From positions 1 through 55,799 of the forward strand of contig JBKEEC010000064.1 in NCBI GenBank assembly GCA_047975785.1: a stretch of DNA of 55,799 nucleotides. Direction: 5' to 3'. This document shows positions 15,540 through 25,074 of the stretch, piece by piece. This DNA is from Sphingomonadaceae bacterium. Its GTDB lineage: Bacteria; Pseudomonadota; Alphaproteobacteria; Sphingomonadales; Sphingomonadaceae. Under the pieces are notes generated by a model, which saw only the letters and a program-made list of their open reading frames with translations, did not search any database and had not been told where the DNA came from. The translations under genes and the position numbers were made by a program. Every line of letters starts with the position of its first letter. The stretch's first letter is position 1.

Positions 15540-16237
15540 TTATCCTGACGGGAAAGGGCGGCTGAAAGTTTGTCCTGCCCGACAGCGCCATAGATAATCT
15601 GGCCGCCAGCAACCCATGACGGGGTTCCCTGAATACCCAATTGCTGGGCAAAGCTGTGATTTTTCATCAATTCAAATTCGGCTTCGCGGCTTTGGGCAAA
15701 TTCCTGTGCGGCCTTCATATCCAGCCCCACTTGCTGCGCGACAGCATTTACCGCTTCGGGGCTTGTGGAGCCGGCAGCGAACATGGCCGTATGAAACCGG
15801 GCGAACTTGCCCTGTTTTGCGGCTGCCAGCGCCATGCGGGCAGACACATCGCTCCCTTCAAAAATTGGTAATTCGCGGATTACAACCTGCAATTGCGGGT
15901 CCGCGGCGACCATAGCTTCCACCTCTGCGACACTCTGGCGGCAATAGGTGCATCCGTAATCGGTAAACTCTACCAGAATGGTCTTGCCGTCCGGATTGCC
16001 CAGAACAGCGCCGGGAAAGGCGGTGGTGACTTCGCTGCCGATCCCTGTCAATCGTTTCTGCGCTTCCCGCTTTTGTAGCTCCTCTGCCATTTCGGGCAGG
16101 ATTTCAGGGTTGGAGAGCAGATATTCGCGCGTTTCCCTGTCCGCCATACCGGACCATGACCAGATGGCCGCACCACCAAAACCAAACACCAGAGCGAGGG
16201 CGGCAGTGGCCGCCGCAGAAGGGAGAGAAAAAGTCAT
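15536..16237 (-). CDS. DsbA-family thiol:disulfide oxidoreductase
   Basis: The thioredoxin-fold active site is DYGCTYCRQ (CxxC), and there is an N-terminal membrane anchor or signal. Confidence 0.85.
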   Translation of the reverse strand: MTFSLPSAAATAALALVFGFGGAAIWSWSGMADRETREYLLSNPEILPEMAEELQKREAQKRLTGIGSEVTTAFPGAVLGNPDGKTILVEFTDYGCTYCRQSVAEVEAMVAADPQLQVVIRELPIFEGSDVSARMALAAAKQGKFARFHTAMFAAGSTSPEAVNAVAQQVGLDMKAAQEFAQSREAEFELMKNHSFAQQLGIQGTPSWVAGGQIIYGAVGQDKLSAALSRQDK

Positions 16238-16248
16238 CTGGCCTTCTG

Positions 16249-17628
16249 CTACCTGCGCTTGCTCTCACGTTCAAGCTCTGCGCGTGCCTGAAAAGCAATA
16301 TCCTGCGCCCTTAGCCAGTCGGGCGAGCCATCGGGCAGACCGGCCTCGGCATATTGCGCACTTCGCAGGGCTTCGGAATACTGGCGGTTCATGACCTGCT
16401 GTTCTGCACTGGCCAGACGTGCGCGCGGCATATCGCCGCGTGCTGCATAGACAACACCGAGTTGATACCAGGCAAACGGATTATACCGATCGCGGACAAC
16501 GGCGGCGCGCAAAACCTGTTCGGCCTCATCATAATGCACCGGATCTTCGGTGGCGATCAGGGCATGGCCAAACAGCGAGGCAATGAGAGGCTGGTTGCGA
16601 GTCAGCTCGGTTGCTTCGCGCAGGGAAGCCAGTGCCTCATCCGGTCGGCCTGATTCCAGCAGGATCTGACCATTGAGTTCCAGAAAATACGGATCATCCG
16701 GCGCATCCTTCAGCAAGGCATCCGTTTCCTGCAAGGCTTCTTTCACCATCGCCTTTTTGTGATAGGCATAGGCACGGGCATAATGGGCGGGGATGCTCGT
16801 CATGCTTTCAGGATAGGCTCTCAGAGTCCGGTCCGGTTCCTCGATATAGCCGGACAGCTTGGCCTTGATCCGCTCGAAGCGGGCCTGCAGATCAGGATCT
16901 GGCGGTGTGTCCCAGGCGGGGTCTTTCTCATAATCTTCGCGCAGACGGGCTATCCGGTCACCGGAAAGCGGGTGGGTGCGGGCAAAGCTTGCCTCGTCGC
17001 TCTGGCTGAAGCCATAGCGATATTCCATGTTTTGCAGCTTTTTGTAAAATTCCAGCGAGCCGCGCCCCGTAATGCCGGCTTTGGACAGATATTGTGCGCC
17101 GGCAGCATCGGCCGAGCTTTCCTGCACCCGCGAAAAGGCAAGATATTTACCCATCGCCGCCTGCTGACCGGCCATAATGACCCCGGCAGCAGCATCTCCT
17201 GCCCCGGCTGCGGCAGCAGCCACCCCCAGCAACAGGGAAAGCAGGGTGATATTGGTCGCTGCGCTCATGCCCTCACTGGACCGGATAATATGTCCGCCGG
17301 CAATGTGCCCCAGTTCATGCGCAATCACGCCCTGCACTTCATTGGCGGTGTCGGCTTCCTCAATCAGTCCGCTGTGAATAAAAACTGCCTGACCACCTGC
17401 GACAAAGGCATTAACAGATTGATCATTGACCAGAATTATCTCGACATTGCCCGGTTGAAGGCCGGCGGCTTCGACCAGCGGAGCCGCCATGTCATTCAGC
17501 AGGGCTTCGGTTTCAGCATCGCGCAGGATGGATTGTGCAGCAACCGGCTGGCTGGCGAGGGAAAGCAGGGCCACAAAGACAGTGAGACATGCCGCGAACC
17601 GGATAATACGATCAGAAACAGGGCGCAT
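16249..17628 (-). CDS. M48-family metalloprotease with TPR repeats (BepA/YfgC-like)
   Basis: It has a signal peptide, the motif HELGHIAGGH, and a C-terminal TPR-like region (YARAYAYHKK..., AWYQLGVVYAARGD). Confidence 0.9.
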   Translation of the reverse strand: MRPVSDRIIRFAACLTVFVALLSLASQPVAAQSILRDAETEALLNDMAAPLVEAAGLQPGNVEIILVNDQSVNAFVAGGQAVFIHSGLIEEADTANEVQGVIAHELGHIAGGHIIRSSEGMSAATNITLLSLLLGVAAAAAGAGDAAAGVIMAGQQAAMGKYLAFSRVQESSADAAGAQYLSKAGITGRGSLEFYKKLQNMEYRYGFSQSDEASFARTHPLSGDRIARLREDYEKDPAWDTPPDPDLQARFERIKAKLSGYIEEPDRTLRAYPESMTSIPAHYARAYAYHKKAMVKEALQETDALLKDAPDDPYFLELNGQILLESGRPDEALASLREATELTRNQPLIASLFGHALIATEDPVHYDEAEQVLRAAVVRDRYNPFAWYQLGVVYAARGDMPRARLASAEQQVMNRQYSEALRSAQYAEAGLPDGSPDWLRAQDIAFQARAELERESKRR

Positions 17629-17699
17629 GGGCCAGATGATAGCGCATTATTGCATGAACCGGAACTGAAGTTGCGGTCATGGGATGAATGTGTCCTGAC

Positions 17700-19205
17700 C
17701 TATTTTGTTTCGGGCCGCTCTGTTTCGGGCCGCTCTATCAATGTGCGCGCGGCCTTTTCCAGCATGGCATTGTTTTCTTCCAGTTCGCCCAATATCCCGA
17801 TACTGCCATCATCAAGCCTGCGGATCATCACCAGGCCGAACTCCGGGCCGGAAGTGTCAAGGCTCGACAGATCGCCCGGCGTGATGGCCCGCAGTTTTTT
17901 CGCGAGCTTCTCTTCCGGTGTTTTTTGCTCGACAACCGGCTTGCCGCTTTCCTCGCGGCGCAGTTGCCTTTCTATCCTGACGACACCTTTCAGCCCGCCT
18001 TCGGCATTGCGCAAAAATTCTGCCATTTGTCCGCGTTCGATCGACATGCGATGCCCATGGGACAGAACGGCTGCATATTCGGTCAGGCGGGTCTTGTCGT
18101 AATCCCCCCCGAATACCAGTTTGACTACCGGCGTCATGGGGGCGCGTTCCTGCACGGTCAGCCCGTTTTCGGCCACCAGTTCCGCGAAATCTGCCGGTGC
18201 TTCCTCTGCGGCGAGGCTGACATCATAGGCGAGGCCAACCGCTTCATACAGGGCAGAGCGGGTGCGATCTTCACTGCTGCGCGCTGCCAGCGCCAGTTCG
18301 CGTGCCTGGGCCAGACAATCATGCAGGCCCAAAGGCCGGTTCAGGGACTGATGGCGATTTACGGTCAGCGGGGCGCGGCTGGATTTGCCAGACAGGCCAT
18401 CAGACAGAAGGGAGCCAAATTGCGGCTCTTGCTCGTCATCTTCGTCATCCCAGTCATCATGCCCGCTATCGACATTGGTCATACCGTAACGCTGTTCGGG
18501 GAAATGGACTGCCGGGACAAGATCCTGATCATTTGCTGCACCGGGACCATCTGCCCAGTCCGTTACCGGGTCGGTAAGGCGTTTCTTGTCAGAAACAGAA
18601 GGGGAGGACTGATCCAGCGCCTGATCAATTTCCAGCAGGAGTTCATCCGTGGTGATCTGGTCAGCCAGTTCTTTCCAGTTGATCACGCCGTAAATAAAAT
18701 CAATTGTTTCATTATCGCTGGAAAATGGCAGCAAAATTCCGCGATATAAAATTGTCACTTCACGCTGGTTCACAAATTCCGCCTCAAACCCGATCGGAGC
18801 CTGATTAGCGAGAATCTGCATGTAATGATCGGTAATCCGGCTCAGAAGCGAGCGGCTCGGAACGTCTGACAGGCGGGTGATTTTCGTGTTTGTATCACAT
18901 TCATGTGCCAGTGATTCGCCGACATACTGGATGGCCGGATCTTCCACCCCGGTCGAGAAATCCAGCACCACGCTGTAAGGCCCGAAATCAGGCAGGGTTT
19001 CCGGCTCCAGATCCTCGATGGAAGGAAATGTGCGGTCATGGAGCAGGCTCGCCCAGTGATTATAGGCGCGCACCTGCATCCGTCGCTCGTCCTGCCCGAC
19101 CGGGCGGGGAGGAAGCTCATGACCTGTCTCATCCTCCAGAAAATCATAGTCATCGCGGTCGTCGGAATTGCTTCCCGATCCAAAATATCCGCGCAGTGTA
19201 TCCAT
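17700..19205 (-). CDS. Conserved hypothetical protein with an N-terminal PAS-like fold and an acidic linker
   Basis: The N-terminal region (RAYNHWASLL...ILYRGILLPFSSD...IYGVINWKE) resembles alphaproteobacterial PAS_5-type proteins as I recall them. ATG 19205 is preferred over GTG 19235. The C-terminus ends IERPETERPETK. Confidence 0.7.
   Translation of the reverse strand: MDTLRGYFGSGSNSDDRDDYDFLEDETGHELPPRPVGQDERRMQVRAYNHWASLLHDRTFPSIEDLEPETLPDFGPYSVVLDFSTGVEDPAIQYVGESLAHECDTNTKITRLSDVPSRSLLSRITDHYMQILANQAPIGFEAEFVNQREVTILYRGILLPFSSDNETIDFIYGVINWKELADQITTDELLLEIDQALDQSSPSVSDKKRLTDPVTDWADGPGAANDQDLVPAVHFPEQRYGMTNVDSGHDDWDDEDDEQEPQFGSLLSDGLSGKSSRAPLTVNRHQSLNRPLGLHDCLAQARELALAARSSEDRTRSALYEAVGLAYDVSLAAEEAPADFAELVAENGLTVQERAPMTPVVKLVFGGDYDKTRLTEYAAVLSHGHRMSIERGQMAEFLRNAEGGLKGVVRIERQLRREESGKPVVEQKTPEEKLAKKLRAITPGDLSSLDTSGPEFGLVMIRRLDDGSIGILGELEENNAMLEKAARTLIERPETERPETK
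17707..17736. repeat. Perfect 15-bp tandem duplication (gtttcgggccgctct x2) inside the last codons of the gene
   Basis: Read directly from the sequence. It encodes ERPET-ERPET. Confidence 0.95.
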
Positions 19206-19331
19206 GACGATTATGCCCCTTGTCCGGTGTGTCACAATCGTTCTGGCGCGACATGGTAAACATCCGGTTAAGTTGCGCCATTATTCATGCAGAGATTTCA
19301 TGCAGATTTTATAGAGACAGAATGGTTACTG

Positions 19332-20588
19332 TCATGATTTTACATGCCCTTCTCCGCGTTCAGGCATGGGGCCAAACATACGTGCAAACACCAGGCTGGC
19401 CAGCATCCAGGCTGCGGCAGCCTCAAGTGACAGGGACAGGGAAAACGCATCGGATATTGCGCCCCAGAGCCATGCACCAATCGCCATCCCGCCAAATGTT
19501 GTCGCCTGAAACGTAGCCATGCAGCGACCAAGAATATCATCGGGCGAGCGCAACTGCATGGCGACATTCAGGCTGGTCATGGTAGCAGTCCATCCGGTTC
19601 CGGCGGCAAAAGCCAGAGGCATGGCCTCAAAGATAGTCCGGGCAAAGGCCAGCCCCAGTGTGGACAGGGCAATAATGACAGTGCCGATGGTCACTACGGT
19701 TTCCGGTCCCCACAATTTCAGGGTCTTGCGCACGATCAGGGCGGTGAGGATGGAGCCAATGCCGAAGGCCCCCAGCAAGATGCCAAAATCGCTCGCTGTC
19801 CCGGCATATTGTTCGCGTGCCAGAACAGGAATCAGGGCCTGATAGGCTGCCATTCCCAGCCCTATACTGAAGCCGCGCAGAATAATCCTGAGCAGCACCG
19901 CCGTATGCAGACAGTGTGAAAGGCCGCGCCAGATCGCCTGCATCATCGTGCCGCCCTGCTGTCGCGGAGCAAAAATAGGGTCCCACCGCCTCAGTGCAAT
20001 GATCATCGCCAGATAGCTGACCGCATTGACGGTAAAGGCCAGGGCGATATTGAACAGGCTGATCAGCGCACCGCCGATAGCGGGGCCAATACTGCGGGCA
20101 ATATTGAAGGAAATGGAATTGAGTGCGATCGCCTGCGGCAGGTCTTCCTTGTCAACCTGATAGCGCACAGATGCCTGCCAGGCCGGTGAATTGAGCGCGG
20201 TCCCGATGCCGATGGACAGGGTCAGAACCAGAAGAATCCCCGGCGATATCTGGTTGATCCATGCCAGTCCCGCCAGCAGGGTTGATGCGACCAGCATGGC
20301 GAATTGCGCCACCAGCATGACCTTGCGCCGGTCATTACGATCGGCAATGGCACCAGCCAGCAGCCCGAACAGCATGATCGGCAGGGTGACAGATGCCTGC
20401 ACCAGCGCAACCAGCGTATGGGATCTTGTCAGCTCTGTCATCAGCCAGGCGGCAGCGACAGACTGTATCATCGACCCCATATTGGAGGTGAGATTGGCGA
20501 TCCATATTTCACGAAAGGCCTGAAAGCGAAACGGCCCCAGCGTGCTGCCGGGTGTTGCTTTGCGAAGGAGGCCCTGAAATGCTGTCAC
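19332..20588 (-). CDS. MFS transporter (EntS/MFS_3-like)
   Basis: It has about 12 hydrophobic segments. The N-terminus FRFQAFREIWIANLTSNMGSMIQSVAAAWLM and GAIADRNDRRKVM are typical of this subfamily. Confidence 0.88.
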   Translation of the reverse strand: MTAFQGLLRKATPGSTLGPFRFQAFREIWIANLTSNMGSMIQSVAAAWLMTELTRSHTLVALVQASVTLPIMLFGLLAGAIADRNDRRKVMLVAQFAMLVASTLLAGLAWINQISPGILLVLTLSIGIGTALNSPAWQASVRYQVDKEDLPQAIALNSISFNIARSIGPAIGGALISLFNIALAFTVNAVSYLAMIIALRRWDPIFAPRQQGGTMMQAIWRGLSHCLHTAVLLRIILRGFSIGLGMAAYQALIPVLAREQYAGTASDFGILLGAFGIGSILTALIVRKTLKLWGPETVVTIGTVIIALSTLGLAFARTIFEAMPLAFAAGTGWTATMTSLNVAMQLRSPDDILGRCMATFQATTFGGMAIGAWLWGAISDAFSLSLSLEAAAAWMLASLVFARMFGPMPERGEGHVKS

Positions 20589-20597
20589 CTCCAGATG

Positions 20598-21092
20598 CTA
20601 CAGCATATACCGCATATGTATAGTCTGGTTAATGGTTCCACCGTTCACATCAAAGGCCGCAGATTTGAAGCTGGGCGGCCCCATGCCCACTTTGGCATCG
20701 CGTGAAAAGCCAAAGCCTTCGCGCGGCATCAGCCCCATGGCCAGATCCATTTTGCCATTATTGTTTTCATCGTGAATAACCGCAATGGCGTAGCTCCCCG
20801 GCGCAGTATTGCTGAATGTCAGGTCAACAGGGTCACTGGCATTAACCACCTGCCTGTTATCCGCGCATGAATTGGGAAACCCTTTGGCCTTGCTGGTCAT
20901 GCAGACACGGATCACGCCTTTCATATTGCGCAGACCCGTTACCGTGACATGAACATCTGTCCTGTCCGGGGGAGCGGCACCTGTCAGCAGGCAGGCAGGC
21001 AGAATCAGAGTGGCCGTGCCAGCCTGTCTGACAAGCCGTTGTCGGTCCCGCAAAGCCGGTCCCAGAAGCGAAAATAAAGTCCGTAATTGCAT
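20598..21092 (-). CDS. DUF2141-like secreted protein
   Basis: It uses the internal ATG 21092 of track ORF 20598..21332, because the upstream part overlaps the next gene. Motifs are GVIRVCM...YAIAVIHDENNNGKMD...PREGFGFS. Confidence 0.78.
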   Translation of the reverse strand: MQLRTLFSLLGPALRDRQRLVRQAGTATLILPACLLTGAAPPDRTDVHVTVTGLRNMKGVIRVCMTSKAKGFPNSCADNRQVVNASDPVDLTFSNTAPGSYAIAVIHDENNNGKMDLAMGLMPREGFGFSRDAKVGMGPPSFKSAAFDVNGGTINQTIHMRYML

Positions 21093-21100
21093 GGGTAATA

Positions 21101-21733
21101 TTAGTGATGCCTCTGATGGTGGCTGGCGGTAATCAACCAGTTTCCGGCGCGGGAGTAAACCAGCCATCGCGGAAAAATCTCCCAGCCCATATGATTGGTA
21201 ATTCCCATAAGCGTCATGATTGCGAGCACGCAAGCCAGCATGGCAACATGAATCGGGATAATCAGCACAAGTGCCGGGATGACAACGGCCCCTGTCACAG
21301 CTTCGACCGGGTGAAAACTCATGGCAGTCCATGCGGTAGGCCGCTTGCTGGCATGATGAACCTGATGGGCGATCCGGAACCAGCGCGGGCGGTGCATCCA
21401 GCGATGTGTCCAGTAAAACCAGCTATCATGCAGGAACAGATAGGCCAGCAGCGAGACAGGAAGATACCACAGGGGATAGTCTCCCCATTGCACATAGATC
21501 TGGCTCCAGCCCAGTTCGCGCCAGCCCCAGGTGACAATGCCGGCGGGCACGGCGTATATGGCAGCAGAACGGACCGACCAGCCGATTTCAGACCGGATCT
21601 GGCTGCTCAGGCCAGTGTAAAGGCCGGGAATAGCCTTGCCGGTGAGCCATGCAAACAGGCCGCTGGTTGCCAGATAGCGCAAGGCAATGATGGCGGTCAT
21701 GGCGCAAACGGAAAGGATAATCTCGGCAGGCAT
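21101..21733 (-). CDS. Fatty acid hydroxylase / sterol desaturase superfamily membrane protein
   Basis: The histidine boxes are HDSWFYWTHRWMH, HQVHH and HHQRHH. Confidence 0.88.
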   Translation of the reverse strand: MPAEIILSVCAMTAIIALRYLATSGLFAWLTGKAIPGLYTGLSSQIRSEIGWSVRSAAIYAVPAGIVTWGWRELGWSQIYVQWGDYPLWYLPVSLLAYLFLHDSWFYWTHRWMHRPRWFRIAHQVHHASKRPTAWTAMSFHPVEAVTGAVVIPALVLIIPIHVAMLACVLAIMTLMGITNHMGWEIFPRWLVYSRAGNWLITASHHQRHH

Positions 21734-21786
21734 TACACCGCGATATATGACGCAGGAACAGCAGCGATTAAAGAGAGAACTGGCCT

Positions 21787-21846
21787 GTCATACTCAACCC
21801 CGTTCATGCTGACGCATATGCAACAGGCTCCGCTCAGGCGCTGCGG
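21787..21846. repeat. Interspersed repeat copy (gtcatactcaaccccgttcatgctgacgcatatg...gctcaggcg)
   Basis: It aligns with 34021-34075. Its gctcagg segment contains the stop codon (21834-21836) of the adjacent hypothetical gene. Confidence 0.7.
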
Positions 21847-22244
21847 CGAGGCCCCATGGACCCGCCCGGCGGCAAAAGGCCGAGAATGGCTTCCCGACTG
21901 GCGTAAAATTCCTGCCACAGGGTCCGGGCCGGGGTTTGGGCATCCAGCCCGCGGGCATTAACCGCCAGCAGGGCCGTAAGCCCCGGCTGCATGATCGCAG
22001 CCAGATCGGAAATCTGGCGCTCTGCCAATTCCTTTCGCCAGCCGGTTATATCGCGCATCAAGGCAGGAAAATTCCGTATTTCCGGTGATGCTTTTTCAGG
22101 AGGCAGACCGGCCAGCATCGCAACAGCAGATGCTGCGTCGTGCAAGGTCGTCCAGCGAACGCTCATCTGGCTGGCAGAGCTTGACCCGCGAAAACGCTGG
22201 TCAGTATCTGAAACCTCAGGAGGCGGATTCTGCATCATGTTCAT
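21834..22244 (-). CDS. Hypothetical protein
   Basis: This 136-aa ORF has no recognised motif. It sits in the same-strand run, and its last codons lie in a repeat copy. Confidence 0.5.
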   Translation of the reverse strand: MNMMQNPPPEVSDTDQRFRGSSSASQMSVRWTTLHDAASAVAMLAGLPPEKASPEIRNFPALMRDITGWRKELAERQISDLAAIMQPGLTALLAVNARGLDAQTPARTLWQEFYASREAILGLLPPGGSMGPRRSA

Positions 22245-22333
22245 GACCGAATCATATAAACAACGTCTTATGCCAAATCGTTAATGGATCGCTACTTTTC
22301 CTGATTGTGTGAAGGAATGTCAGGAAAGAAAAC

Positions 22334-24061
22334 TCATCTGCCGGGCGCTTCACTTTCGGAAGAGTCGGCGGAAGAGTTGGCGGAAGAGTTGGCAGAAGAG
22401 ACGGGTGGGCCTTTCCAGACACGCCTGCCATTGATCCATGTTTCCAGCACGCGGGTTTCGCGCAATTGCGCCGGGCTGGCAAGGAGCGGGTCACGGTCGA
22501 TAATAAGAAAATCGGCGCGTTCTCCCTCTATCAGTCGCCCGAATATACCATCAGCAAAACCGGCATAGGCCGCTTCGGATGTATAGCTGGCAATGGCCTG
22601 TTCGCGGCTCACACGTTCTTGCGGCTGCCATCCGCCCACGGGCTGACCCTGCGCATCCTCGCGTGTCATTGCCACGGCAATTCCGGTAAAGGGGCGGGGT
22701 GCTTCAACGGGTGCATCTGAACCAAAAGCCAGATGCGCACCGCTCGCGGCGATGGAGCGCCAGGCATAGGCACCGCCCAGCCGGTCTGGCCCAAGGCGCT
22801 TTTCAGCCATGATACGATCGGATGTCGCGTGGACGGGTTGCATGGAAACGATGATCCCGTTCTGTCCGAAACGGGCAATACTGGCCGGATCAACAATCTG
22901 GGCATGTTCGATCCGCCAGCGCCGGTCGCCTTTATAGGTATCGGTCATTTCCTCTATAGCGGATAATGCCTCGTCATTGGCTTCATCGCCTATGGCGTGA
23001 ATCGCGATCTGAAACTTGTCCAGCGCGGCCCGGCTCATGCGGTTGCGCAATTGTGAAGGACTGGCCAGCGCCAGCCCTGTATTACCCGGATCATCGGCAT
23101 ATTGCTGTTTCAGCCATGCACCGCGGGAGCCAAGGGCACCATCCAGATAGAGTTTGACCCCGTTCAGCCGGAGCCTGTCTCCGTAAAGCCAGGGCGTGGG
23201 GCCGGGGCCGCCTATCAGCTCCATCGCATCGGTGCCATCGGCATAGGCCATGATGCGTATTTGCAGCCAGTTCCTGTCACCGGCGCGGCGATAGGTCTGC
23301 CAGTCCTGAATGGAGGTGCCCATATCCGCAACCGCCGTAATCCCGTTGGAAAGCAGCAATTCCTGCGCTTTTTGAAAGGCAAAATCCCTGTCCTCCGGGC
23401 GCGGGATCGGGATGAAGGGTTTGATCAGATCCATCGCGCTATCAATGAAGATGCCGGTTGGCTGGCCGTTTTCACGCAGGATACGGCCTCCGGGCGGGTC
23501 TTTGGTGGCAGCGGTAATGCCGGCGGCTTTCATGGCGGCGCTATTGGCCCATCCGGCATGACCATCGACCCGTTCCAGCCATGCCGGAACATTTCCGGTT
23601 GCTGCGTCAAGTTCGGCCGCTGCAGGAAACCGGCCCAAATTCCATTTTTCCTGATTCCAGCCCCGTCCCACAATCCAGCGGCCGGAAGGGTTTTTCTGTG
23701 ACCATGCGGCAGTTCTTGTCATCGCATCGGCAAGCGATTGTGTGTCGGAGAGATCCAGCGTGATCAGCCCCATGGCAATGCCCATGACATGCACATGGGC
23801 ATCAACCATGCCCGGAATAATGAACTGCCCTTTTCCGTCAACGCGATATTGCGGCTTTTTCGGGTGCTGGCTGGTGCGTTGATAGATTGCACTGACACGC
23901 CCGTCATCATCTATCAACATGCCGGTAAAGCTGACAAGTTTGCCGTCCTTGTTGATGGTCACACCCTGAATATTATCCACCAGCGTATCGGCAAGGGCAG
24001 GCGCTGCAGGCAGAATGGCAAGGAGGGCTGCGCCGATGGCGGCGAGGACCGGGCGTATCAC
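22334..24061 (-). CDS. Exported amidohydrolase-family metallohydrolase (Amidohydro_3/YtcJ-like)
   Basis: It has a signal peptide ...AAPALA, the metal motif GMVDAHVHVMG, and HAIGD. The repetitive Ser-rich C-terminal tail is SSANSSANSSADSSESE. The GTG start overlaps the upstream stop. Confidence 0.88.
   Translation of the reverse strand: MIRPVLAAIGAALLAILPAAPALADTLVDNIQGVTINKDGKLVSFTGMLIDDDGRVSAIYQRTSQHPKKPQYRVDGKGQFIIPGMVDAHVHVMGIAMGLITLDLSDTQSLADAMTRTAAWSQKNPSGRWIVGRGWNQEKWNLGRFPAAAELDAATGNVPAWLERVDGHAGWANSAAMKAAGITAATKDPPGGRILRENGQPTGIFIDSAMDLIKPFIPIPRPEDRDFAFQKAQELLLSNGITAVADMGTSIQDWQTYRRAGDRNWLQIRIMAYADGTDAMELIGGPGPTPWLYGDRLRLNGVKLYLDGALGSRGAWLKQQYADDPGNTGLALASPSQLRNRMSRAALDKFQIAIHAIGDEANDEALSAIEEMTDTYKGDRRWRIEHAQIVDPASIARFGQNGIIVSMQPVHATSDRIMAEKRLGPDRLGGAYAWRSIAASGAHLAFGSDAPVEAPRPFTGIAVAMTREDAQGQPVGGWQPQERVSREQAIASYTSEAAYAGFADGIFGRLIEGERADFLIIDRDPLLASPAQLRETRVLETWINGRRVWKGPPVSSANSSANSSADSSESEAPGR
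22358..22400. repeat. 12-bp tandem repeat (ggaagagtYggc x3 plus a partial unit) inside the amidohydrolase 3' end
   Basis: The units lie at 22358-22369, 22370-22381 and 22382-22393. They are in-frame and encode the (S)SAN repeats. Confidence 0.9.
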
Positions 24062-24975
24062 TGGCCTGTTCCTTCGGCTATGTCCCCTTCAGGAAGACGG
24101 CGGATCAACGAACTGGTATCCTGACGACCGCCACCCATGGCCTGAATATCGGCGTAAAACTGGTCTATCAGTGCGGTGACAGGCGCACCCAGCCCAAGAC
24201 GACGAACTTCTTCCAGCGCATAGCCCAGATCCTTGCGCATCCAGTCCACTGCAAAGCCGAAATCAAATTCGTCCCGTGCCATAGTGGTCCAGCGATTTTC
24301 CATTTGCCAGCTTTGGGCAGCGCCGCCGGATATGGCTTCCAGCACCCTGTCACTATCCAGTCCGGCGGCATTGGCCAGACGGATGGCTTCGGACAGGCCG
24401 CCCAATATGCCGGCAATACAGATCTGGTTGGCCATTTTGGTGGTTTGTCCTGCTCCTGCCGGCCCGACATGGACCATTCGTGCGCCATAGGCCTGAAAGA
24501 CTGGGAGGGCGCGTGCAAAAGCGGCTTCACTTCCGCCGCACATAATTGCCAGTTTCCCGTTCTCGGCCCCGGCCTGCCCCCCTGAAATCGGGGCATCCAG
24601 AGCATCAAACCCGCTCTGACGGGCGATCCGGTCAAGCTCGCGGGCCTTGTTCGCCGATACCGTGGTATGGTCAATAAAGAGGGTCCCGGCTTTCATGGAG
24701 GAAAAAGCTCCGTCCGGCCCGGTGGTGACTTCGGCCAGATCATCATCATTGCCGACACAGGTGATGACGATATCGGCACCCTGCGTAGCAAGAGCAGGAG
24801 TGGGGGCAGTGGCAAGCGGCAAATCTTCATGTGCGAACCGGTCCAGCCAGTTCTGAGCGCGCGCCTGTGTGCGGTTATATCCGGTGACATGATAGCCGGC
24901 CCGGCCCAGATGTGCCGCCATGGGGGCACCCATCACACCCAGCCCGATAAATGCAATTTTTGGTTTTGTGGTCAT
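24058..24975 (-). CDS. NAD(P)-dependent 3-hydroxyisobutyrate/6-phosphogluconate dehydrogenase-like oxidoreductase
   Basis: The Rossmann motif is KIAFIGLGVMGAPMAAHL. Its 305-aa length is typical of the HIBADH family. Confidence 0.9.
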   Translation of the reverse strand: MTTKPKIAFIGLGVMGAPMAAHLGRAGYHVTGYNRTQARAQNWLDRFAHEDLPLATAPTPALATQGADIVITCVGNDDDLAEVTTGPDGAFSSMKAGTLFIDHTTVSANKARELDRIARQSGFDALDAPISGGQAGAENGKLAIMCGGSEAAFARALPVFQAYGARMVHVGPAGAGQTTKMANQICIAGILGGLSEAIRLANAAGLDSDRVLEAISGGAAQSWQMENRWTTMARDEFDFGFAVDWMRKDLGYALEEVRRLGLGAPVTALIDQFYADIQAMGGGRQDTSSLIRRLPEGDIAEGTGQ

Positions 24976-25074
24976 GCGTGCCCGATTAATGCAGAACAGG
25001 AAGAAAGCAAAGTTTTGCCGGTTAATGGAAAGGCTCTATTTCCCCGGCCTGCGATTTGGCCTACGGATCAGCTT

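Noticed and set aside
16759-18102. 447-aa plus-strand ORF
   Set aside because: It is antisense to the M48-TPR protease and the PAS-like gene. It spans an intergenic gap in a way no real gene would, and its composition is low-complexity.
20598-21332. Full 244-aa version of the DUF2141 ORF; likewise 38235-38651 as part of cyoD and 27402-27530 as part of tamA
   Set aside because: The upstream parts overlap the neighbouring well-supported genes in other frames. Internal ATGs give products of the expected size with signal or TM N-termini.
22296-22328. Hairpin tttcctga-N15-tcaggaaa between the amidohydrolase stop and the next gene start, as a terminator
   Set aside because: There is no U-tract on the coding (minus) strand and the loop is long. 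It is kept only as a note and not called as a feature.
24667-25074. N-terminal 136-codon extension of the ilvA track ORF
   Set aside because: It overlaps the divergent dehydrogenase gene on the other strand. Homology-like sequence begins only at MSQNSAAPSS... (ATG 25075).
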